Below are positions 50,314 to 60,700 of a DNA stretch of 64,000 nucleotides, piece after piece (positions within the stretch are counted from its first letter, which is position 1; each line of letters opens with the position of its first letter). The notes beneath the pieces are model-generated. The model made no database searches. It was not told where the DNA came from and saw only the letters and a program-made list of their open reading frames with translations. This stretch comes from Endomicrobiales bacterium (GTDB lineage Bacteria; Elusimicrobiota; Endomicrobiia; Endomicrobiales; JALOBY01): contig CAWCNJ010000009.1 in NCBI GenBank assembly GCA_963796955.1, positions 37,903-101,902 on the forward strand, read 5' to 3'. Made by a program: the position numbers and the translations under genes.

Positions 50314-51689
50314 TCAATATCTTCGAACTTAGTTTTCTAAAAGACCGCGGGAGATCGGCTGTGCTGCTTGCCGGCTTGCTCGCTGCCTTCTTGTGCCTGT
50401 ATTTTTCCGTTTTTACCGGGTCCATGCGGGAGATCGCGCTCTATTTTCTTATGCTGATCGGCCTTTTCTTCGGCTTTAACTGGCCGGAAACCTCTCTGGT
50501 AACCAATGGTATGGGGGCCTTGCTATTAGTAACAACGGTGCATCCGTTGGTTGCGATCCCGGTACTGTCCCAGCTGACGCTGTTCGTTATCTCCATTATG
50601 GTGCCTTTTTACTTCGACCGGATACTGCGCCTGGAAAGGGCCAGTTACCTGCACCATTGCCAGCCCCTCAGGGAACAGGAGGCCGCCCTTACCCTAAAGT
50701 GCGCCACCTTTGAACAGGAAAGGCAGGACCTGGAAACCGATATCGAACGGATCAATCAGATATATGTTCTCGGCAGGGAACTGGTGGAGCACACAGAAAC
50801 TAGTTCAGTAATAGACAATCTCCAGCGCGTGCTTCTCGGCCGGCCCGGTATGAGGGCGGTCGCTATTTACCTGCGCGAGAACGACGCCTGGGTTTGCGCT
50901 TACTGTTCACGTAAAGAAGAGCAGCGCAGATGGCTGGACTACCTGCAGGTGAAAAAATCCGTTAACAGGGAACACCGTTTCCATATTATCCCGACCAACG
51001 ATCCCGAGAATGGGGAAAAGATCATTTACTGGCCTGTCTGGCTGGAAAAGCAGCTGCTGGCCGTTATCATACTCACCGCAGAAAATTCCGTCGCCGAGAG
51101 GTACCGCGACGAAGGGGAAATATTCATTCCGCAAATAGCGCTGGGACTGCGCCGGACCAAACTGTTCGCCGAGGTTCAAGAGCGGTCCCGCAACGACGGC
51201 CTTACCGGCCTGTACCTGCGCCGCTATTTCCTTGAACGCCTGCTTTCAGAAATTCAGCGTTCGAAACGCTATAGCACGGGTTTTGCCCTTATGATGGCCG
51301 ATATCGACCTCTTTAAGCAGGTAAACGATACCTACGGGCATCTTGCCGGTGATGATGTGCTCAAGGGGCTCGCGGCAGTCTTAAAAGAACGCGTGCGGCC
51401 CGGCGATCTGATCTGCCGTTACGGCGGTGAGGAATTTGTTATCCTTACGCCCATTCCCGACACCGAGGAAGTAATGCGCTCGGCGGAGGCCCTGCGCAGC
51501 GCCGTTGAGAACGCAACGTTCGTCAGCAGCGCGCATACGCTGCACATAACCATCAGCCTGGGTGTCGCGCACTACCCGCAAAACGGCACGTCACCCGAAG
51601 ACCTGCTTTCTTCGGTAGACAAAGCCATGTACTACAGCAAAACCCACGGCCGCAACCAGGTAACGAACTTCCGCGACATCGGCACCTGA
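50310..51689 (+). CDS. Membrane GGDEF diguanylate cyclase
   Basis: TMs; DGLTGL, DIDLFK.VNDTYGH..GD, RPGD...RYGGEEF. Confidence 0.92.
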   Translation: MINIFELSFLKDRGRSAVLLAGLLAAFLCLYFSVFTGSMREIALYFLMLIGLFFGFNWPETSLVTNGMGALLLVTTVHPLVAIPVLSQLTLFVISIMVPFYFDRILRLERASYLHHCQPLREQEAALTLKCATFEQERQDLETDIERINQIYVLGRELVEHTETSSVIDNLQRVLLGRPGMRAVAIYLRENDAWVCAYCSRKEEQRRWLDYLQVKKSVNREHRFHIIPTNDPENGEKIIYWPVWLEKQLLAVIILTAENSVAERYRDEGEIFIPQIALGLRRTKLFAEVQERSRNDGLTGLYLRRYFLERLLSEIQRSKRYSTGFALMMADIDLFKQVNDTYGHLAGDDVLKGLAAVLKERVRPGDLICRYGGEEFVILTPIPDTEEVMRSAEALRSAVENATFVSSAHTLHITISLGVAHYPQNGTSPEDLLSSVDKAMYYSKTHGRNQVTNFRDIGT

Positions 51690-51699
51690 CGATATAGAT

Positions 51700-51738
51700 T
51701 TCACAATTTATTCACAAATATACCTATCAAAGTTCACC
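51700..51738 (+). promoter_or_regulatory. TTCAC(A/C) direct repeats on an 11-bp phase
   Basis: TTCACA at 51700 and 51711, TTCACC at 51733, upstream of the giant gene. Confidence 0.4.
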
Positions 51739-51789
51739 GAATTCCAGTACTATTATATAGATACTATATATTACGAACTGGAATAAATA

Positions 51790-54700
51790 ATGTTCCAAAA
51801 CAACCTTTATATTAAAACGGTGGCGCGGATCGTATTGGCGGCCTTCCTGTATTCCTTCGTTGCATTTGAACCCTTGTACGGTTTAAGCGCGATAGGCAAG
51901 GATGTTCAGGCCGATGCAACCGCACGCGCGGTGGTGGACGGGCAGCTTGCCAAACTGGTGCTTTCCGCCCGGCAGGGCCGCATATCCGAAGGCGCGTACT
52001 GTGGTAACAAGCGGCTGGTCATATTTGTCCAGGACCTTCACTGCAATCCGGAAGTGCAAAGGAACATCAGCGACATACTCTCGTTCTTCGACACTAAATA
52101 CGGCCTTAAAAATATATTCGTTGAAGGTTCACCGGAAGGCAAAACCGACCTCTCCTTGTTCACCGGTATCGCCGATCCTGCCATTAAGGAAAGAACGCTT
52201 GAATCACTTCTCAAAGAAGGGCTCCTCAGCGGGGCCATCTATTACGGCGCCAAGAACAATAAAGAAAACGTCTGCGGCCTGGAACAATGGGGTTTGTACA
52301 AAGAAAACGCGGCCCGCATGGCCAGGTTGTTGTCCGCCAAATCCGCATCATCTCTGGAGTGCGCGAAGATCAACGCGATGCTGGATGAAACGATGGGCCT
52401 GCGCTGCTCGGGCAGCCTGAGAACGGCGGACTACAACTATCGGCAGGCTGAAAAAAGTAAAGACAGATACGAACTGCTTGCCCGGACGGCCAGGAACAAT
52501 GATATATCGTTACTGCAATTTCCCAACCTTCGCAGGCAGGTAAATGTAAGCGCCGTCGGCGGGCGGATAAAATTCAGGAAACTTCCCGCAGATCTGCAGG
52601 CATTCCTGAAAGGTATCCAGGAAAAAACGCCCTACGGTGTTTACAAAACCCTGGCCGATAAACTCTCCGACGATAGCCGTGACGGCGAGTTTTACCTGAA
52701 CCTGCAGGAAGTCGCCTACACCTACGCGCCGGCCCTCCTGCGCCAAGGCTCCGGCGGGCAAGCCGGTAATGTAGCGAACTTCCTTGAATATGTGCGGCTG
52801 AATTATTCGGTAAACCCCATGAGCCTGGTCGATGAGGAGGGACGCTTCAAACTGGCCGTACTGAACCATAACGCCCGGACGCTGATAGACCGCGAACTGG
52901 TTTTTATGCAGGCTATGACGGAGAAATTGAACGGTTTCGTGACCCTCGGCATGACGCCCGCTGATTACGCCTGGTTCAGGGAACACGCGGAAGAATACAA
53001 GGTTACATTAATGAAGTATTACGGCGCCGCACGCACCGCGGAAGTACGCAGGATATTGTCCGATAAAGAATTGTACGCGTACTACGATATAAACCTTGAG
53101 CGTAACGATGTCTTCGCCAAAAACCTGATCGGCGACGGACGTGAAGTGCCCGCCGATGAGATGAATTCCCAGATATTGAATCTTAAGACCGTAAGCGAAT
53201 ACACCGAGGTGATAAAACACCTTGCGGAATTCACCCGCATAGACGCCGTCGTAACGGGCGGTTTCCATGTAGAGACCGCCAAAGCCCTGAAAGCCCGCTG
53301 TATATCGTATCTTACCGTCACCCCCAACATAACAAAAAAGGCAACCGGCGACCTCTACGAGCGCATGATGTCCGACCGGCTGACGATGAAAGATTTCGCG
53401 ACCTCTTCGCTGTCGCCGAAGTGTATCGACCCGGCGCAGGTTATCGCACTGGGCGACGTAGCCACGAAGTTCGGCCTGGACCCGGTGGCGTTCACGAATG
53501 TGCTTGCGAGAGCGGCAAACGGTGTGCGCGACGAGAACGGGGAAGGGCAGATTGTGATCAGCAAAGACCCGAATAACCAGTATGTTATCGCCCAGCTGAG
53601 GCAGGCCAACGGCAAGGTAAAGACCGTAACCTATATCTTCAGCGATGGAAAGTTCATTAAAGCCACTGCCGCCGGCTGGGATGATGAAGCCCCGGCAATT
53701 GACTCAACACCTTCGGCTGATTCCCTGACAACAGAAGGCACGATCGATCGCGCTTTAAAGGAAAGCTGGATACTGCGGTTCTTTAATAAGGCTTTCGGGC
53801 CGTTGGGCTATGCGGCCGTCAGGGTTTTTATCTCAATTAACCGTGCGCCGGTATGGGAACTGGAAGATATCGCGCTTGCGATCACCGATCTTGCGTTGAA
53901 TCCCGGCGAGCATGATCACATTATCTACGACACATTCATGGAAGCCCATAAGGGTGGCGCGACGACAAAGCGCATTGAAATGATGAAGAAGATGGCGGAC
54001 CAGTGCGTTCAATGGAGCCTGGACCACGATGGCGTAAAAGTACTGGTTGATCATGTCTTGCTGTTAGCCCTGCACGAACAATATAACCGCGAACATAAGT
54101 GGAGCAACTTCTGGAAATTATTAGTCAGTAAAACATCCGATGCACTGACCACAGGCGATAAATCGCCAACTGAGATGCAATTTGACAATTACGTAAGGGA
54201 AGGTAAAATACTCACCACCTTGGCTGACAGGGTCGGGGTTGAGAATCCTTACGTCGGAGGCAATTTCAGTATCCAGTGGGTAATGAAGACCGATCCTGCC
54301 TATAAGAGGAGAGCGGTGGAGCTTGTTGATCGTAAAGAGGTGTCAAAAAGGCTTCATGCGCGGATGTACGGCGATGACCCGTCGAAACGTATTCAAATTG
54401 TGCCGGCTGCGCCTGTTTCAGGTGAAACACGTAAAGAAAAAATCCCGCGTCTGGTTGTTGGCAAAACTGAAACATTATTTGATAAAGAATCCTTTGTTAT
54501 CGGCAGCAATCCCAACGCTGTTGATCTTCTTGTCGATGATCGGCTTGCTTCCAGAAGCCATGCCAGAGTGTCGGTCAAAGACGGTAAATATTATCTGGAG
54601 GATCTTGGGAGCACGAACGGAACATACCTAAACGGTAGCAAGCTGAAAGGCAGGCAACAGCTTAAAAACGGTGATCTTATTGAAGTGGGAAAGACGTCTA

Positions 54701-57700
54701 TAAAATTTGAAATCCCCAGGTTCAAGATCGGCGCTGAAACCTGGGTTGGTCCTGACGGGCGGAACCATGGGTATAGAATAGACGGCGGAGAGGATGCCGG
54801 AAGATCGAACTCGCGCGAAAAGCTGGTCGCCGATTTTGACAACGATAAGCCGCTCAGAGATGCTTACGAAAAGATAAAAACGGAATTTGAGCTGTCGCGC
54901 GCAGGATCACAACTCTCTCCCAGCGAACAAAAGATGGTTTTGATCAAAATGGTGTATGATTCCATCTCCAAGATAATGTATGACGGCGGTTGGGCCGACA
55001 GAATGGTAGAGATGGCAAAGTTAGAACCCAACAAAACTTTCCTTCTTGGGCCGAATGTCATAGTCCCGAACAGAGGCGTGTGCAGGCATATGGGGCTTTT
55101 GTGCGCCGCTGTTATAGAACGGCTTATAAAAGAAGGGATAGAGGCCGGTGACGAGGGTTACCCGAAAGGCGCCGTTTATTACGTTCGCGACTCGAAAGAA
55201 GGGGTTGAGAACGGGCCAGGGCATGGCTGGGCTGTTTACCGTATGACCAGCGGTGAGCTTGTGGTGCTGGACGTGGCCCAGCGTAATTTCGGGCTTATGG
55301 GCGATGAACGCAACGGCATGAAGTTCGAAGGTCCACAAGGAAAAAAATACTCGTACGGGTCTTACCTGCCCGACGGAATAAAGGGAATGGAAGTGACACC
55401 GGCGCCGATCCCCACGGTTGCTTTCAACGGAATACCAGCGCAGTTCAATCAATTGGTCAACCCCGGACCCCGCGCTGCGCGGGAAATACCGATAGCAGCA
55501 GTTGAGCAGATAGATGATCAATATGCCAAAGAGCTTGAGGCGGAGGTGAACAAGGCGGCTGCAAAGGGATTGCCGGAACTAACGGCGCTGGTGGAGGAAA
55601 ATCTTCATGCATTCGAATACACCACGGGAACATTCAAAAGATTAATTGAGGGAATTAAAACCGGTAAGTACCAAATGTTACATATAACGAAGAAGTTCGG
55701 GCTGAGGTTTGCCGTGGCGCAAGCGATCGGATATAGATCCACACCTGAACGGGGCGTTACGCCACAGCCCGTTGCCCAGCCAGAGAATCCGGCTCTTCAA
55801 GCAATTGGCGCGGTTCAAGCCCCGGACCGGCAAAAAATTACACCGGTCGTAAGATCGAGAGGGTTTTTCGAGACTTTTGCCAAATCAGCCGCGACGGTAA
55901 GATTGGCGTTGGCAGGCATGCTGACTGGGTGGCTTACCCTTACGGGTGCCGGGGTGCTCGTTGCTTCGTTAGTTTTCAGCCTTGCATTCCCGGCGATCGC
56001 GGCTGCAAGCCTGGTTGCCGTGTCGGCGAGCATCGCGCTCACGATCCGGTTTGGAACAATGCAAGCGCAGCAGTATAAAATACTGCGTTCGCTCGGCACA
56101 CCGGGTATTCCCCGCGGTCCTACAAATGATGTGAACGCCGCTTTAAAAGCCATACATACCATTATGGCTATGTACCCCGCGCTGCAATTGAATTTCGAAA
56201 TAACCAACTGTTTTGACCTTCCTCCAGAAATACTTGCCCAACTTCCGCTCAATGTTAAATTAACTCCGGATACGAAATTAGATGATACCGAAGTTGCCGT
56301 CCCCGGTAAAAATAATACCATCCAGATTAACGCCGATGCGATGAAACGGCTTGCCGCTCTCGGTGATAGGGCCGAGGTGTGGGCTCTGGACCCGGTGTCA
56401 GTTCTTGATCACGAAGTGCGCCATTATGAATTCAGGAACAGATGGCCTCGTATCTCAAAACTACCTTTCATTGAAGAGATCGCTGTTACCATGAAGGACC
56501 ACGTCATAGCCCACCAGAAAACCGTTCAAGCTGCGGCGCGCCCGCTTATTAACGCCGAACGTCCGGTCGTTGCGCCCCGGGCCGACCGGCCAATGGCGGT
56601 TCTTTGCGGCGACCCGTATGACGGCTTGAGGGAGGCTTACAACAACGGCGGAATTTCAGCCTATGTCGCCGCGGTAGAAAGCTACGCAAAAGAACATAAT
56701 TTACCTTTATCATCGAACAACGCCCCGCTGGAAGGGAAAGAACACGTCGGACGGGGAGGGGCGGGTGGTGTGTATGTCGACAAGAGTTCCGGTGATCATG
56801 CGGGAGAGTTCGTAAAGCAGCAGGTAGAGCCCATAACAGATACCGATCTGCAGGCGCGCAAAACTTCGTCCGACGCGCAACTGCTGGCGCAAAAAGATCT
56901 TGAGTTGTTGCACACTACTCTGGAAAACTCCATTGCGATGCTCAGGGAAGCGGAGAACGTAGTTAAGCTGGAGGCGGAGGGCGTGCGTGAAGGTATACCT
57001 ACATTGTTGTCTATGGGGATAACCCCGGACGGCCTTGTCTGGACGAATATGGTTTCTTTGAAGCACGCAAAGAGCCTGGCGGATAAATGGAAAGACCTCA
57101 ACAGCGCCCAGCAGGCGGAGGTTTTGTGGACGGTGGCGCTTATTCTTTCGGATATTCACTCAAAGCGTATTGTCCATAGCGACATTAAGCCGTTGAATAT
57201 TCTGGTCGACGATGACCTGAATGTAAATATCATCGATTTCGGCACGGCGGTTCCGGTCGGCGCGCAGTCAATCGCCTCAACTCCGGGTTTTCTGCGTATT
57301 ATGCAGCTACGTGAACCAAGGGTCCCTGCATATGATATCTATAGTTTTGGCAAGATGATAGAGTTCCTGTATAATCCTCCTAACCGGCAATTAACGGTAG
57401 AGGATGGCGAACCCACTACCTTAAAACTGGAAACTATCAAAGACCAGGCCCTGCTGTCGATAGTCCAAAAGATCTACGATGTTAATAACCCCGTAACAAG
57501 TTTGGAAGAAATTCTACAAACTCTCGGCAAGATCGCCAGGGATGCCAGAAAGAAATCCACTGCATCTACACCAGCCATCCTGCCTGCTGCTGACGACTCT
57601 AAGAATGATATTGAAGAAATAGAGAACCCGGAATTCTTGACCACCCCGGAGACGTTTGATGAATATCTGATACAGGTAGCTTTTAAAGACGCCTTGGCGG

Positions 57701-60700
57701 GTGAGGGGATAACTGATAAGGTTCAACAAATAAACAGAGCGCATGAGTTGTTCAATGCATTGTCCCCGGATCGCCAGGAAGCATTGCGCAAGGATGCCTC
57801 CGAGAATTTCGCGCCGGTGTATGAACTTGGGACGTCTCAGGCAGCGTTGGATGAGCTGGCCGCCGGCAAAAAGGGGAATGCGTATAAGGAATTCCTTTAT
57901 GCCCACAATACCACTCGTCTGCCAAACTGGCTGTGGAAATATACCAGGCAGTCCCGAGCGCTGCAGGCGGGTCTTGCCGCGATGCTTGAGGTAGTAACGA
58001 ATCTTGCCGGCAACGGTGATATCTCTGTAATAGCTATGACAGCCACCCAAATAATGTTCAGCAAACTCAGTGCCGGCCAGCAAGCCAACGTAAACCTGCA
58101 AGATTTGGCGAGCCAAATAGAAGCCCTGCTAAGATCCCCAACGGTCACAGCCCTTAACCTAACCCCCGGCCTCCTGGCCAACATAGCCGCCCACGCCGCC
58201 TGGAACATGACCCATGGAGAAGGGGAGCGTTTGACGGTGATGGGAGTGAGCGCACATCAGCGGCATATGAGGGCTGATGAATTATTTAATTTCAATTTTA
58301 TGCTAAAGCAAACTGGCGGGAAATCCGCGTTTAAAGGGTATACCGTTGTTGATTGCATCGGCGTCGGCGGGTTCGGCGCGATATACCTTGCGACAAACGA
58401 CCAGACCGGCAAAACAGTTGCCATAAAAACGCTTAGAGTAGATCTGAGGAAAGATCAGGATGCGCGTGCAAAACTGGTAAGGGAGAGGGAGTTTTTAAGG
58501 ACAGCTAAAAACAGCCGTTTCCCTAAAGTGCTGGAAGACAGTGTGACGCAATCGGCAGAGGGGACGCCCTATTTAGTAATGGAATACATACAAGCGCCTA
58601 CGTTGGCGCAGTGGATCGAACAGCGCAAGGACATGGAAAACACGCCTGAATATACACGCACCTGCCTTGAGATAGCCAGGCAGACAGCCGAAGCATTGGC
58701 TTACCTGCACGGGCGCGGCCTGATACACAGGGATATTAAGCCGGAAAATATAATGGTGATAGAAAACAAAGGCAGGATAACAGTAAAAGTTATCGACATG
58801 GGATTATTGATAGAGGAAAATGAAAAGCAAGGAAAGGGCAAACACGGTTCATTAGGGTACATGACAAAAGAACAAAAGTTAAATGGCCCGGCTGACAAGA
58901 CATTTGATATTTTCGCGCTTGGCGTTGTGATGCTGGCGATGTTCGACCACGAACAGGTTGATCTGTTCAAGAACGGCAACCCCGACCTTAAAGGCGCGAT
59001 GCAAATGCTTGCGGACCGGCTGGACGCAGTCAGTCCAAAACTGGCGCAAAAAATAACAGACCTTATCAATAATACGACCAACGGCCAGGCTCAAGATATT
59101 AATGCCGTATCAAATGATCTGGAAGCTGCGTTGAAAGTGTCCGGGCAACGCAGTAACGGGTCAATGGTTACTAAAAAGACCCGCGTTGTATCTCGGCTGG
59201 TTTCTATCACTGCATTGGCGCTTGCCATGCTTGGCATTACACAAGGTAAATCCTTGGCTGAAACAAATGCGCGCAAACCTGTCCCGGCAATGTCCAATGC
59301 CGGGAAAGCTCCTGTTGCCGCGGTTGACGACAGTCTGCCGGTACGTGAAAGGGCGGAACAGATAACTGACAGGCTTATGGGAACGGAAGGCTTTGCTGAT
59401 GATTTTGGTGATCACGTTTTTTCTGGCGGCATAACAGGGTATCAGATGCTACAGGGCGCGAACACCGCAGCCGACAGGCAGTCTGTTATGAAAGCCGTAA
59501 GAATGATCTTAAGAGCATGGCAAAGAAGAATGGCTTGCCGATATCTTAAGCATAACCGTAGTGGAAGATTCTGCCTTCCCGGATGCAAATGCAGCGATCT
59601 TCTATGTGGATGCTAAGGGTAGAATGATAGTTCAGCGCTCCAACGCGAGCAAAGTCGTTTATCTATTTGCCAGCATTGCACATGAGGGACGGCACCCCTA
59701 TTTGAATCTGACGAATCTAACACGGGAAGAGGCTGAGGCGCAGTGCCTTTCTAGAAATGTTGAGGCGATGGAAATAGTACAGGATGACCAGCAAAACGGT
59801 AAGAACGCTGAATATTGGGGTCCTGAAAAGATAAAACAAAGCGATATAAATACGCAAAAATGGTTTGCCCACTGGGCGCAGAATGGTAACCTGAAAGTAA
59901 CTAATCGTGCGGCAAATAGTACTGAAGCAAACCGTGCCTTTGCGCCGTATAACGCCGCTATTAACTTCCTTATGGTGCAGTTGCAGAGCGACCCGGAAAG
60001 CTTTAAATACGATTCAAACAAGAGGATCAATAAGGGTTCAGAAACGGTACTGGAAAATAATGGACAACAGAAAATCGTTAAATTTAACGGCTACGAAATA
60101 ACGTTCATTCATAATGGAGTTCCACAGGTCGTTAAGGTTTCCGACGATGGAAAAACTATCTATCAAGGTAAGATCTACGATAGCATAAAAGAAGTTAAAT
60201 TCAAGATGGGATCCGCCGAGGCGGACAGCGTTAACGCGGCTTTTGCCGAAATGAATGCAGTTTCCGGGAACAACGGCTCTTCTGCCGCACCTGCTCTCGC
60301 AAAAAACAGGTCACTACTTGGTTCGCTGACCGCAAAATTATCGTTGGTGGTGCTGCTTGGCTTGATCAGCGTAGGTTGCATGGCGCCCGGCAAAGCGGGA
60401 ATGCTCCCGCTAATGGTAGTACAACAGTTGTTGCTGACACAACAAATTCGCCGATCATGGATTTCCCAAAACCCAGCGAGACGAAAGATCCGCTTACCGT
60501 CGCTTCCGAATGGACGGATCTTTCAAGGTTTGGCGCGGATTTTGGAAAAGAAAACCTTGCAAATAATAGTAATCTGCTCGGCACCGCCGTTCTGCCCGGC
60601 GCGAATACGCCTGATGATATTAAAAATCTCGCGGCTGCTATAACGCTTTTAAGGCAGCATGGTCTTGGCTACGCAATTGATAACAATTTGATCGCTGGTA

